A DNA stretch of 64,000 nt from a virus: positions 1 through 64,000 of the IMG/VR virus record IMGVR_UViG_3300019890_000003. The stretch is one strand, 5' to 3'. Made by a program: the position numbers and the translations under genes. The notes beneath the pieces are model-generated. The model searched no databases, was not told the origin of the DNA, and saw only the letters and a program-made list of their open reading frames with translations. Positions 47,316 to 57,649 of this stretch are shown piece by piece (the first letter of the stretch is position 1; each line of letters opens with the position of its first letter).

Positions 47316-47674
47316 GCTATTGTCGCTGGTCGTCAGACAATTGGAAGTGCGACTTGTACTGCTACGAGTATTGCGAAGGCGGGTGGACAACGCATGTCGC
47401 CGGCACTAGAATCGTAGGCGATGTCCCAGAAGTAAGGTGGGATGGCCCTAACTGGATGGATACCCATAAGGCCGTGGGTGAGTTTTTGAAATCAGCCGAG
47501 TACCGCAACATAGGGTTGCCCTACGACGGAAAGACTTTCAACGACCCGACACTTGAGACATTCCGAGATCGGCTATTGTACCTTCGTGGAGTCGGCTATA
47601 ATTTCCCGGATTATGTGCTTGAGAATATCAAGGAGGAAATCGCTGAGAGAGACGTGGAGGAGGTAGCGGAATGA
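47312..47674 (+). CDS. Conserved hypothetical phage protein
   Basis: MSYCRWSSD...CDLYCYE. Confidence 0.6.
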   Translation: MSYCRWSSDNWKCDLYCYEYCEGGWTTHVAGTRIVGDVPEVRWDGPNWMDTHKAVGEFLKSAEYRNIGLPYDGKTFNDPTLETFRDRLLYLRGVGYNFPDYVLENIKEEIAERDVEEVAE

Positions 47675-47944
47675 TCTGGGGCTTAGATGAAACCAACGCC
47701 TTCGTGCGCTGCTTTCGTTGCCATAAGCTCGTGGCGATCGAGTTTGACTACTGGTGCATAGATTGCGACGGATACCCACCACCGTATTACGCTGGCGAAT
47801 TGTGGGCCTATTGGGGTGCGTGATGACAATTATCACTATGCTTTTTTTCTTCGCATTTGGTTATATTGCGCGCAGCATCCTTGTCATTATTGGCTATGAA
47901 CTAGATAGGCGCCGTGTGAGGCGCTCAAAATGCAGGGATGACAA

Positions 47945-48148
47945 ATGACCGAAGTCGTATTTACACCAGCGGAAGATATGACAGTGCAAGAGCTTTGTAT
48001 CTTGCTGACTCCAATGTCTCGCGGGATGACGCCATGGAAGCCATGGACGTTATCTCCGGAATGGTGGAGCAGCATGCCGCCACATCTCAAGCGGCACTTC
48101 GAGCTAACAGCAACCGGCAAAGAAAAAACACCGCCGCCGCAAGACTGA
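47945..48148 (+). CDS. Hypothetical protein
   Basis: 67-aa ORF. Confidence 0.45.
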   Translation: MTEVVFTPAEDMTVQELCILLTPMSRGMTPWKPWTLSPEWWSSMPPHLKRHFELTATGKEKTPPPQD

Positions 48149-48190
48149 CGCAAGCCAGCAAGCGACGGCGGCTAAGAGGAGCAATAGCGC

Positions 48191-48448
48191 ATGTTCAAGG
48201 TAGGTCAGAGAGTTTTGTGCATCATTGATAATTTCGATCCGGATGCGAGCCCTAATCCTCCTGCACATAAAGTTTTATGGCCTGTGAAGGGGTATGAATA
48301 TACAGTTTCCTGGATCCGAGAAAGGCATGGTTGGGCATGGCCCAACCATTGTGAGCTAGGGTTGGTCTTAGAGGAACTACCTTACCATCTAGGATTCGAT
48401 GCGCGCGCATTTACCACAGCGGTTAGTCATGATCGAAAATATCGATAG
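48191..48448 (+). CDS. Small SH3/KOW-like phage protein
   Basis: MFKVGQRVLCI...YTV; SD GAGGAG. Confidence 0.55.
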   Translation: MFKVGQRVLCIIDNFDPDASPNPPAHKVLWPVKGYEYTVSWIRERHGWAWPNHCELGLVLEELPYHLGFDARAFTTAVSHDRKYR

Positions 48449-48498
48449 AGCATGAACGTGAGCCTGCCTGAGCACCTCGAGGTTGTGCTTGAACTTGA

Positions 48499-48543
48499 TT
48501 AGCAATTCCTTGTCGTTATCTACCGACGAGCCAGCATTGCTAA
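48499..48543. terminator. Hairpin between converging transcription units
   Basis: TTAGCAAT..CTTGTCG/CGACGAG..ATTGCTAA inverted repeat. Confidence 0.35.
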
Positions 48544-48685
48544 TGTAATACACCTCGAACCAGCTTCTTGATATGGTCCGCGTAGGCCGCGTCGATCGCG
48601 GCCTTTTCCATTTCCCATTTGCGCGGACCAGCTTCGATGCTCATCGGCTTCTCCGGAAATGGCCATTCGATATGGAATTTCTCCG

Positions 48686-49444
48686 TCATGCCTTGAAATG
48701 CGCCATGCGCTCCACGAGCACGGACAGGTCTAAATTCGCCGGTGACCGGCCCCTGTTGATCCATGACGCGATTAGCACCGCGTCGACTGAATCGAAATAC
48801 GATTTCACCGCATCCAAGCTGACGGGCATCAGCTGGCCCCATGTCCACACATATAGATAATTCTCGTCATATTTTTCACAGCACACACAGTGGCCACCCC
48901 AACTTCCGGGCTTCCAATCTGCCGCGACGTAGTCGTTCGTTTGCCACTTGTTCATCGTCCAGCTATCCGCTGTCTGCCACGCCTTTGGCAACGAGACGCC
49001 GAGATCGACGCATCCAAACCAATCGATCGCGCGCTTAATATTTTGAGCGTCGCCAGGGTCGATTGAGGCCGTGCCGATGAAATGATGCCCGAAGGCGCCA
49101 TTGTTCATCACATATTTGAGAACGTCCTCGATCACGAGGCCGGTATCTTTGCCGCCTGTGAGCTTGTAATAAAGAGATAGCACGTCGCGGGTTGTCGGAT
49201 ACCACTCTTTGCCGAAGGCTTCCTTCATGGCGCCGATGATAATGTTTGCAATCGCTGCACAAGTGCAATCGCCGACCGTATCGTTTCCGAAAACAGGCCT
49301 GGACTTATCTCCATCCGTCCAATCTCGCGTTGGCTCAGGTGCCGGGAGATCGGTTCCAAAGACAGATGCAAATGACACACGCTTCGATTTATCCGCCGGA
49401 TGCGGAGGAAGGCATCCTAGCTTTTTATTAGAATGATCAGGCAT
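48686..49444 (-). CDS. Papain-like (C1-type) cysteine peptidase
   Basis: GNDTVGDCTCAA, WGGHCV, WTWG. Confidence 0.65.
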   Translation of the reverse strand: MPDHSNKKLGCLPPHPADKSKRVSFASVFGTDLPAPEPTRDWTDGDKSRPVFGNDTVGDCTCAAIANIIIGAMKEAFGKEWYPTTRDVLSLYYKLTGGKDTGLVIEDVLKYVMNNGAFGHHFIGTASIDPGDAQNIKRAIDWFGCVDLGVSLPKAWQTADSWTMNKWQTNDYVAADWKPGSWGGHCVCCEKYDENYLYVWTWGQLMPVSLDAVKSYFDSVDAVLIASWINRGRSPANLDLSVLVERMAHFKA

Positions 49445-49514
49445 CAGGTCCCACCGCCGATTAAATAGAGAACAAAAAGCACGAGAAGCACCGTCCACAC
49501 GGTATCGACGAAGC

Positions 49515-49715
49515 TCATTTGATTTCCGGCTCGATCAGCGGGTAAACCCCGAGTTTGTTAGCTTTGAGGGCGGCGAGAAGCGCATCAATTAGGCCTGGAA
49601 CATAGCCCTCAATCTCGCCCTCGAACCAGCCAGCGGCCGACGCATTGTCTCTGACATACTGCTTGCCGGCCTCTGTTAGGATTGTCTTGATGTTATCAGC
49701 CGCCATTATCGCCAT
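49515..49715 (-). CDS. Hypothetical protein
   Basis: Short ORF in the late operon. Confidence 0.45.
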   Translation of the reverse strand: MAIMAADNIKTILTEAGKQYVRDNASAAGWFEGEIEGYVPGLIDALLAALKANKLGVYPLIEPEIK

Positions 49716-49935
49716 CCATGGTGATGGTAGGGGATGCCAATGCCGATCCCTATGCCGCCGTCGTCATCTGGGACGATCGCGCAAGCGCTTAGGACAAGCA
49801 TGGCCAGGATCGATAATGCGAAGACGAATTTAACGGACGTTACCACCGTCGGAACTCCTATGAAGGACAAAGACAATAAACCCGAAGATCGCGAAAATTA
49901 TCAGATAGCCTACCATCGCAACCACATGGCGCGCG

Positions 49936-50121
49936 TCACCCCTCTGGAGGATCCGGCGCCTTTGTCTCTTCGGCAGTCTTAGCCAATGCCTTGAACGCAT
50001 CTGAGAACTCATGGTGGATTTGCAAACTAATTCTGCCTTCTGACGTCTCTCCACGGAACCACGTAATGATGTGGATGAACACGAGGATCCACACACCAAG
50101 GAACGTTAGGATCGCCAGCAT
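49936..50121 (-). CDS. Small membrane protein
   Basis: N-terminal TM; coupled to the GT2 gene. Confidence 0.45.
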   Translation of the reverse strand: MLAILTFLGVWILVFIHIITWFRGETSEGRISLQIHHEFSDAFKALAKTAEETKAPDPPEG

Positions 50122-50819
50122 TATCGGATATCTCTATGCGCGGTGGTCACCGGCTTTCCGGCGTACGCCACGGAAAGATAGTTCAGCGCATACGTCATCC
50201 CGGTTTTAATAATCCCCTCGGCTTGTATGCGCCGGCCAGAAGCCGGCATCGCCATATCCCAAGCCCAGCATATTTTCCCGTGCTCGGCCACGCGTACCGC
50301 GAGATCGGTGTCCTCGCCGTAGAACTCGATCGATGTGTTGAAGCCGCCCGCGCGCTCAAGCGCGTCGCGCCGAACCGCGAAATTCCCGCCTTGTAGCATC
50401 GCGCCGGTAATCCGATAAATCAGATAGGCATTCATGTTAAAGAACAGCGCCAAAACGCGTTGCCGTCTAGGCAAGTCATAGAAAAAGGATGGCCCAGTGA
50501 CGGCCGCGATAGGCTCGCCGAAATGCTTCAGAAGCCGCGTAAACCAATAAGCTGGCATGCGCGTATCCGCATCGATGCAGCAGATGATGTCGCCCCTGGC
50601 CGCCTCGAAGCCCCTTTGCCTAGCAAAGGAGATTCCCTTCCGTGGCTCGTCTACCACAACCGCGCCGTAGGCAACGGCGCCCGTTCTGTCCGTGGAGGCG
50701 TTGTTAACGACAATAATTTCAATCTGACGGAAACAATTCTTGGCTGCGTCCTTAATCGCCGCAAGGCAATCAGGCAATTCCGCTTCTTCATTATATGCGG
50801 GGATAACGACGCTAATCAT
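50121..50819 (-). CDS. GT2 glycosyltransferase
   Basis: ISVVIPAYNEE, VVNNASTD, CIDADT, GGFN...YGEDTDL. Confidence 0.9.
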   Translation of the reverse strand: MISVVIPAYNEEAELPDCLAAIKDAAKNCFRQIEIIVVNNASTDRTGAVAYGAVVVDEPRKGISFARQRGFEAARGDIICCIDADTRMPAYWFTRLLKHFGEPIAAVTGPSFFYDLPRRQRVLALFFNMNAYLIYRITGAMLQGGNFAVRRDALERAGGFNTSIEFYGEDTDLAVRVAEHGKICWAWDMAMPASGRRIQAEGIIKTGMTYALNYLSVAYAGKPVTTAHRDIR

Positions 50820-51456
50820 GCGGAATTTGCATCCACAAGAACATGGCGCCAACAATGGCACAAACGAAAACAATTAGGATCAAAATTGAATTCATCGGCC
50901 ACACCACCAATCTGATGGATGTATGACACATCCGACCACATAAATCGGCAGAAACAAAAGGCCAAACACCAGCACGAAGGCCACGATTGCTTTCACTTCG
51001 TGCACTTAACGGAGGTGGTGTGGATGCCCTCGGTGGTTTGTGTCGTCACCGGCTTATAGGAGCATGCGTTCTCGGACACATAGCCGTGCTTTTCCATCAC
51101 GGGCGTCCTGCAATAAGGCACGTATCCCGCACAAATAATCACAACAGCCGCGACGAGTTTCATTTGGGCACGCATATGGTGGCGGTCATTCCGCCTTGCT
51201 CGTAGGGACTCATCTTTGCAATTTCCACACGCGCGTTCTCACATGCGGCCTGCGAGCTGAACTCGGTGGAAAATCCCAATAGGGGATTGGTATTCCATAT
51301 GAGAAAGATCAACACATACATCATTTGGTCTCCAGCGCGATCGCCGCGACGAGTTTCATCCTTTATCGCCCAACTTCCAAATGAGGATAGAAACCGCCAA
51401 GGCAATCACTATAGCAACACCAATCGCGGTGGCCACTCCTATAAAAACACACTTCA

Positions 51457-51822
51457 TCACTTAGTCCAGTAGCCATAGATAGGCTTGCCATTCAGGTATC
51501 CAAGAATGACTGGCGCTGATGGAGATCCAACCGCCATTGCAAATTGTCTCCTGGACATGCCGGCCACTGGTTTCGGCGGGATCAGGACTGAACACACTTG
51601 CGAGGCCACCATGGTTATTTGCGCCGCCGTGGGGTTCACGAGCCCGTCATCAGCCAAGACCGTCTCAAGGGAGGCAACGGTAGGCACAGCCCCGCATGCC
51701 GTGTCTATGGCGTTCCCAAGCGCGTCTAGGACCGATGCTGGCGTCACCCCAGGGAAGTCAGCCTGGAGGGTGGCGCAACCGGTGAGCGCGAGAAGCGCGC
51801 AAGCGGCAATAAGATTTTTCAT
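51457..51822 (-). CDS. Lipoprotein (possible spanin component)
   Basis: Lipobox LTGC; lies in the lysis cluster. Confidence 0.55.
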   Translation of the reverse strand: MKNLIAACALLALTGCATLQADFPGVTPASVLDALGNAIDTACGAVPTVASLETVLADDGLVNPTAAQITMVASQVCSVLIPPKPVAGMSRRQFAMAVGSPSAPVILGYLNGKPIYGYWTK

Positions 51823-51964
51823 TCCTTAGATTCCTCTGCAATGATTACGGCCAATCGGCGCTCGACTTCCCTTAGTTCGTCTAAGTCACAAAGGCGCAAG
51901 AGTGCCTCGATATCTTTGACCAATGCGTCTCCAGTGACTCTTTTCCAAACAGGGCTAAGGGCGC

Positions 51965-52384
51965 TCACGTGCGTAGCCCTGTGAAGATACCGGTGCGAGG
52001 ATCGTAGAGAGACTGGCCCTTAGATGGCACGAACCCGCCTTTGCCATCCGGAACCATAGTTGATCCAACGCCTAGGACGATCGGGACAAGGAACGTCGCG
52101 ACGGCGAGCGCATCGGCTGGGACGGTTAGGGCCGGAATGAAAACGGCGCCAATCTTGAGGAACGTATCAATTAGCGACGCGCCAGCCTCGATCTCGCCTA
52201 GGACGTTATGATCCTTCCACGCAGCCTCGAAGCCGACCCAATCTCCGGACTTGAAGAACCCGAGGACCTTCTCGATATCCGCGATTTCAGCTTCGATGTT
52301 AGCTGGTAGGCCAATAGGCGCAACCGGTGTCGGCACTGGCGTGCTAGGGAAAAGGCTCCCGATCCAACCAAGAATGCCGCTCAT
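51965..52384 (-). CDS. Membrane protein in the lysis cluster
   Basis: Hydrophobic C-terminal half. Confidence 0.5.
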   Translation of the reverse strand: MSGILGWIGSLFPSTPVPTPVAPIGLPANIEAEIADIEKVLGFFKSGDWVGFEAAWKDHNVLGEIEAGASLIDTFLKIGAVFIPALTVPADALAVATFLVPIVLGVGSTMVPDGKGGFVPSKGQSLYDPRTGIFTGLRT

Positions 52385-52689
52385 TTGCTAACGACCTTAT
52401 CGTCTGGCGCGAACTGGGCGGAAGTGGCGATTTCCGGAGTTGTCACGATCGAATGCACCTCGGGGAGCGCACTCGCGGCGGCAATCGTGCCGCCTGTGGA
52501 ATGCACCCAAAGGCCCCAGATAAAAGTGGCAATGCCCGGTGCTAACCCAAGAAGGAAAACCGTCAAAGCGCCGGCGGATGCCGTTGTCGCCCATCCCTTA
52601 GAAACAAGGACTCCAGAAATTACCGCAGAGGCATATGTGATCACCCAACGAATCGCCATTGTAATTTGGTCTTGTGTAATTCCTAACAT
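52381..52689 (-). CDS. Holin
   Basis: Two TM helices; directly after the endolysin. Confidence 0.65.
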   Translation of the reverse strand: MLGITQDQITMAIRWVITYASAVISGVLVSKGWATTASAGALTVFLLGLAPGIATFIWGLWVHSTGGTIAAASALPEVHSIVTTPEIATSAQFAPDDKVVSK

Positions 52690-52697
52690 CCCAACTC

Positions 52698-53165
52698 CTA
52701 TGCTGCGGTTATTGCTGGCGGCGAGGCCCCACGAACGGCCTCAATGGCAATCCCGGCCCAATGGATGCGGCTAGGCATGTTGATGATGCCGGCGCGCTCA
52801 TAGCCGCGCTCAAAGGCCACCGTGGCGGCTTTCAGATTAGGCGCCTTGGCGACAGCGGCGACCGTGGCACCATCTTGGTGAAGCTCTTTTACGAGATAGC
52901 CGTAATTCGCTGCCTCGGAATGCCAATCGAGCTTGACGACTTCGCAATAGTGCAAAAATTCTCGCGCGCGCGGGCCGGTCCATTGCGCCCAACCAAAGCC
53001 GCCGCGATTTGGCTTCGCGCCGATCTCCCGCAATTCTAGAAGGCCATCACTCTCGTGGCCGAGGTTGCCCATGCAGCCGGCGGCCTGGAAGTCTTCCCAA
53101 TCAAACTCTGTCATGAGCTTTGGGATGACGAGGCGGCAGGTATCTTGGAAAAGAATCGTCGACAT
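52698..53165 (-). CDS. Endolysin (phage tail lysozyme family)
   Basis: AAGCMGNLGHES...GFGWAQWTGPR...FERGYERAG. Confidence 0.85.
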   Translation of the reverse strand: MSTILFQDTCRLVIPKLMTEFDWEDFQAAGCMGNLGHESDGLLELREIGAKPNRGGFGWAQWTGPRAREFLHYCEVVKLDWHSEAANYGYLVKELHQDGATVAAVAKAPNLKAATVAFERGYERAGIINMPSRIHWAGIAIEAVRGASPPAITAA

Positions 53166-53549
53166 CGCCGCCTCGCTGTGAACGCGCTGGTGACGGTGTC
53201 TTAGAGGGCTTTTGCCCGCGTTGTCAAGGGCATGCCTATATGAAAGGTATCCCGGCGAAAAACACCGCCAACACACTTCCAAACAATATGCCGCCTTCAC
53301 ACGCATCTCCGAGGGAAGCGTCATCCTCCTTCGAAAAAATGTACCCGCCAATCAGAACGGCGGTGCCGGTAAAAAAGATCGGCGAAAATGTTTCTAACAT
53401 CTCTCACCCCATCACCGTTAAGGTTGCGACAGCCACACAATACAAGCGCCGAAAACGAGGCCCACAATGGCGCCGGAAAGAGCGGCGCCGAAGATAGCGA
53501 TAAGGAACGGTCTGTTATCCATAGCGACACCCATACCAGCGAAGGCCGC

Positions 53550-53590
53550 ATGATACGGGGCAAATGCCTTTTGTCAAGAGGCAAAAGCCT
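53550..53590 (-). promoter_or_regulatory. Operator-bearing promoter upstream of two small membrane ORFs and the lysis cassette
   Basis: Minus strand TTGACA-AAAGGCATTTGCCCCG-TATCAT. Confidence 0.6.
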
Positions 53591-53680
53591 ATTATGGTTG
53601 GGCGATGGCGGCAAGGGCGAGCGCTAATATGGTCATCGAAACGCCGATTGCAATCGCGAGGATCTCAGGCCAATGCTCGC

Positions 53681-54397
53681 CTAGCAATGGGTGACCAAGC
53701 CGGCGTTGACTGTAAAGAATGGGGTTGGCGGTCCGAAGCATGACACCGCCATGGTGCCTTTGACGTTTACGCTCCCGACGTCTAGTGTAAGCATACCTGA
53801 GCTGTGGATGTGGAAGTCGCTAGGCCATTGTTGTAGCCATGCGCTTGATCCATCTGGCGCTTCCCACCAAATGTAATCGTACACCGGCATGCCTATCGCG
53901 GCGCCCGCCTCGAGCGCGCCGTTGGCGAAGACAATTCCGGTTTTGTATTGCTGGGTGTTTGGGGCGATGGCCAAGGCCGTTCCACACTCATGCTCATTTG
54001 CCTGCCCGTTCCCGCAATCGATCAGGAGATTGGTGTTCGTGACTGGATTCCAATTGTATGGGGCACGCCCGGCCACCACCGGCCCTTGGTTGACAAGGGA
54101 GTTTTCCTCGTCGATCAGGCGGCCGGAGCTACCCGGCGTGATGACGCCAAGCGTGTAACGCGCCCAGGCGTTCCCAGAGCCGCCGCCGCTGTTGAGCATC
54201 GCGATCGCGGTGTCGGCGACGGTGTAATTGTTGATGGTTCCCAAAGTTTGCGTGGCGGCCACACTACCGCTCCCCGCCGCCGCGCCAAAATACGCTCCGA
54301 CGAAGGACGGTACCGTGTTGCAAACCGGGGCCACGCATGTTTGTGCGGACGCCGCCGAGCTGAAGAGAGCGGCGAGTAAGACAAAATAACTTCGCAT
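53681..54397 (-). CDS. Secreted fibre/spike-like protein
   Basis: Signal peptide ASA^QTCVAPVC; C-terminal VSC.GPPT.FFTVNAGLVTHC. Confidence 0.65.
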   Translation of the reverse strand: MRSYFVLLAALFSSAASAQTCVAPVCNTVPSFVGAYFGAAAGSGSVAATQTLGTINNYTVADTAIAMLNSGGGSGNAWARYTLGVITPGSSGRLIDEENSLVNQGPVVAGRAPYNWNPVTNTNLLIDCGNGQANEHECGTALAIAPNTQQYKTGIVFANGALEAGAAIGMPVYDYIWWEAPDGSSAWLQQWPSDFHIHSSGMLTLDVGSVNVKGTMAVSCFGPPTPFFTVNAGLVTHC

Positions 54398-54402
54398 TGC
54401 GA

Positions 54403-54780
54403 TTAACTACACGTAACGGTGATAGTCGTTGGGGCCGAGGTGCCGGTCGAACTTATCGCGTAGAGCACAAACGTATAGGTCCCTGCCGTTCCCGCGCTCA
54501 TATAAAACAAGCTTGTATTTGGACCGGGATTGGACGCAGTAAAAAGCGGCGGACTCCCTCCGCTAGTGCTGTACCCATAAAACGACGTAACGTTACCGGA
54601 AGCCGTGGCTTGATATGTGTTATTAATCCCGCCAACCACACAATTTGATGTCGTCAAAGGGCTCGTGATCACCGGATTCGTTTGTTGACACACCGGAAGC
54701 GCCGGACCAGCCACGCATTGAGCAAAAGCGGAGGCTGGGGCAAAGAAAAATAGAATTAGCAGACGACACAGTTTCGTCAT
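54403..54780 (-). CDS. Secreted single Ig-like domain protein
   Basis: AFA^QCVAGPALPVCQQ then PVITSP...YQATA...GTYTFVLYA. Confidence 0.65.
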   Translation of the reverse strand: MTKLCRLLILFFFAPASAFAQCVAGPALPVCQQTNPVITSPLTTSNCVVGGINNTYQATASGNVTSFYGYSTSGGSPPLFTASNPGPNTSLFYMSAGTAGTYTFVLYAISSTGTSAPTTITVTCS

Positions 54781-54790
54781 CACCACCGCC

Positions 54791-57310
54791 TCATAGTTCC
54801 GCCGCCGTAGTTGAAACATTTGTAATACTACAAGTTCCTCCTGCACCGCCTGCGGATAATTGAACATCAAACCAAAGAGCTGTTGATAGGGTTCTTCCAG
54901 TTGTGACTCCAGAAAGAGAAAAAACGCTTATCTGATCTGTGGCGAACGTCGTCTGTTCTGACGCTCCAAGAACCGTTCCAGTAGTGGCCGCTCCGAGTGT
55001 TGGGGCGGTACCAGTTCCGAACCGAAGAGCCACAAAACATCTGTCGTTCGTAAGTGTGTTCGCTACAGAACCGTTTACAATAAATAAGACCGTGCCGGTT
55101 TTTGTCGGAGTGATTGCGCCCGCAAGGCCCTCCATCACTGCTGTTACACTAGAATTCCCACTAGCTGGATTTGATGGGGCGGCCGTACCACCAGAGGTGG
55201 CCAAACTGCATGTCGAGCCAAGGGTACAGGTGACGCCGTTAACTGTCGTGCTAGGATTCGCCAGCTTGGTGTTCGTGACGGCAGCAGAACCTATCGTTGT
55301 CGCGCACGAGCCAGCCGATGTTGTGACATCTCCAGTCAACGCTGGTGTCTGCCCGCAAGCAAGTGAACTCGCAATATTGGAAAACGCTAATGGCGATCCG
55401 CCGATTTGATACGTGCCAGAAGCTAGATTGAGACCGCCGCCAGTGGAAAGCGTAAGCAGCGCGCCATAACCGCCGCCATTAACCTGGCCGCTCCAAACCA
55501 GATTGCCGCTTGGACTAATTGCCCCTTGAACAGGTTGCAGTTCTTCGATCACGTCGACGGTCTGGCTACCGGCGGTCGCGTTGGTCTTCCAACCTTGGCC
55601 CGTGAAGTGCACGCGCGGCGACCATTTCTGAGCACCAACCGTCGCCGCCGTAATATCCGTCAAGAGCAAACCATCGGTGCTAGTGGCAGCGATCGCTTGC
55701 GTGCCAGTGATAGCACCAGAGGTCCCTAGGCTCGTTAAAGTGCCCAAACTCGTCAGGGACGATGCCGTGACGCCGGCCGCCAGAGTGGCACCTGTCAACG
55801 TGCCTGCCGGAGCTATAACCGCGTTCGAGCCTGCCGAGACAATCAACCCCTTCCCGTTAACATTGAAGTTAGGGATAGAAGTCGATGAGCCGAAGGAACC
55901 CACATTCGTGTTAACCGTGGCCAACGTTGTGGCGCAACCAACGGACGTGACATCACCTGTTAATGTACCGCACGCTCCAATGGCAGCGGTGGTCATAGCG
56001 GTAACAAGACCCTTGCCGTTTACCGTTATAACTGGGACAAGCGAGGAGCTTCCGAAGGTGCCTGTATTGGCGTTGACCGTGTTCAACGTGGTAACAAAAC
56101 TATTCGCCGGCGTCGTGAGATCCCCGGACATCGCCGCCGTTTGTAAATTAGTTCCTGAGAATGCGAGCGTCGCCCCGAGCGCCACCGCTCCCGCATTGCC
56201 GATCGAACCGGAAGAATTCCCTACCAGGCTGCTTGCAGCAACCGTTTGAAACTTGCCATAGGTTACGGCGTTCGCCGCGATCGTCGTGGCGCATGAGCCA
56301 GCGCTCGACGTGACGTCACCCGTATTGGCTGGCTCACTAGCGCAAGCGACATTGAATCCAGATGCGGTGGTGCCGCTCGCCAACGTGCCGGTGCCGGTAA
56401 TGTTAGCCTGGGTCGCCGCTGGGATTGTCGATGAAATCGACGGGACTCCGCCAGCGCCCGTAATGAGCACGCCGTTGTTCGCCGTCGCAAGCCCGACGAC
56501 GGTTGTCCCGGCCGCGTTGTACCAAGCGAGCTGATTGATCAATGCAGACGTTACGGTGCCGCCACCGCCGCCAACCGTGCAAGCGCCACCGGCATCGATG
56601 AAATTGCCGCTTGCATCGATCGAGACGCAGTGACCGCTGGTAAGGGTGCCTGTCGCTGTAGCAAAGGTGGTCGTGCTACCAGAGCGCGTGCCAAAAGCGA
56701 CATTCGAAGTTCCCGCCCCAATCAATGGGGCATTAGCCGTCAGAGTCGCGAGACCGGTGCCGCCATTAGCAACGGAAACCTGCCCTGTCAGATCGGTGGC
56801 CGGGATCGCCGGAAGATCGGCATTGACGAGCGCGCGGAATGTGGGCGTCCCTGTCGAGCCACTCGGCGCGGCGAACACCTTGTTTGTTGTCTGTGTTGCG
56901 AGCGATACGGCAAACGTGCCAGCGCCGGTAATAGGGGATCCGCCGACGGCCATAATAGACGGGACCGTCATAGCAACGGATGTTACAGTGCCGCCGCCTG
57001 TAAGGGATATGCACCCAAGAACTCCGCCATTGTTGTATAAGCCAAATCCGTTCGTGCAAGCGCCGGTGATCGGGCTCCCAACCGTCAGGCCAACGGCTGA
57101 TCCATTTACGAAGAAGCCGCCCGAAACATTTATGGTGCCGATACCCTTTTGGCCGCCAGTCGGCGCGCCCATAGTAAGGCCGCCATTGTTGTAAAAAAGA
57201 GATAGCGACGGCCCGTAATTCCAAGGGTCCGGCGGCGGACCAGGGCCGGTCTGCGCATAGACAGCGCTAGAGAGCGCCGCGAATCCTAGGATTGCGAGGA
57301 CACGTTTCAA
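54791..57310 (-). CDS. Long fibre protein with signal peptide
   Basis: 839 aa, Thr/Gly/Ala-rich; TGDVTS and GSSS..P...VNGKGL repeats. Confidence 0.7.
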   Translation of the reverse strand: MKRVLAILGFAALSSAVYAQTGPGPPPDPWNYGPSLSLFYNNGGLTMGAPTGGQKGIGTINVSGGFFVNGSAVGLTVGSPITGACTNGFGLYNNGGVLGCISLTGGGTVTSVAMTVPSIMAVGGSPITGAGTFAVSLATQTTNKVFAAPSGSTGTPTFRALVNADLPAIPATDLTGQVSVANGGTGLATLTANAPLIGAGTSNVAFGTRSGSTTTFATATGTLTSGHCVSIDASGNFIDAGGACTVGGGGGTVTSALINQLAWYNAAGTTVVGLATANNGVLITGAGGVPSISSTIPAATQANITGTGTLASGTTASGFNVACASEPANTGDVTSSAGSCATTIAANAVTYGKFQTVAASSLVGNSSGSIGNAGAVALGATLAFSGTNLQTAAMSGDLTTPANSFVTTLNTVNANTGTFGSSSLVPVITVNGKGLVTAMTTAAIGACGTLTGDVTSVGCATTLATVNTNVGSFGSSTSIPNFNVNGKGLIVSAGSNAVIAPAGTLTGATLAAGVTASSLTSLGTLTSLGTSGAITGTQAIAATSTDGLLLTDITAATVGAQKWSPRVHFTGQGWKTNATAGSQTVDVIEELQPVQGAISPSGNLVWSGQVNGGGYGALLTLSTGGGLNLASGTYQIGGSPLAFSNIASSLACGQTPALTGDVTTSAGSCATTIGSAAVTNTKLANPSTTVNGVTCTLGSTCSLATSGGTAAPSNPASGNSSVTAVMEGLAGAITPTKTGTVLFIVNGSVANTLTNDRCFVALRFGTGTAPTLGAATTGTVLGASEQTTFATDQISVFSLSGVTTGRTLSTALWFDVQLSAGGAGGTCSITNVSTTAAEL

Positions 57311-57325
57311 CGGCCTTCTCCAGGC

Positions 57326-57640
57326 TTAATAAACGACGACAGTGAATTTGTGATTGCTCGTGGCGGCGTTCACGAGCGTCGCGGTGACTTGGCCTGGAAT
57401 TAGGTTCCAACTCTGCCCCGGTTGGAGCGCAATGGCCGTTCCATTCGCATTCAAGCCTGGAGACACGCCAGTCGGGTCTACGATAAGCGGCTCTGCCGTG
57501 CCGATACCTTGATCAGAGGCCGTGAGCGGATTCACGATATATCCGCCATTATAGCCAGCCGGCAAGGCGAAGGCGGCAGTTACCGCCGTCCCGCCGGTTG
57601 TGATAAAACTGTGGGCGCCTGCGACTGGTGTTACGGTCAT
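57326..57640 (-). CDS. Stand-alone beta-sandwich adaptor domain
   Basis: Paralog of the N-terminus of 59445..60554 (NPL.ASDQGI...VNAATS.H.FT). Confidence 0.65.
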   Translation of the reverse strand: MTVTPVAGAHSFITTGGTAVTAAFALPAGYNGGYIVNPLTASDQGIGTAEPLIVDPTGVSPGLNANGTAIALQPGQSWNLIPGQVTATLVNAATSNHKFTVVVY

Positions 57641-57649
57641 GTTCAGGTC

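Noticed and set aside
48446-48502. Open frame after a TAG (SMNVSLPEHLEVVLELD), hinting at stop-codon recoding or an RHH fragment
   Set aside because: Core genes are intact under the standard code and many end in TAG with tight coupling; the segment is too short to support a claim.
54939-57194. Long plus-strand ORFs over the fibre gene
   Set aside because: Antisense shadows of a low-complexity Thr/Gly/Ala-coding region.
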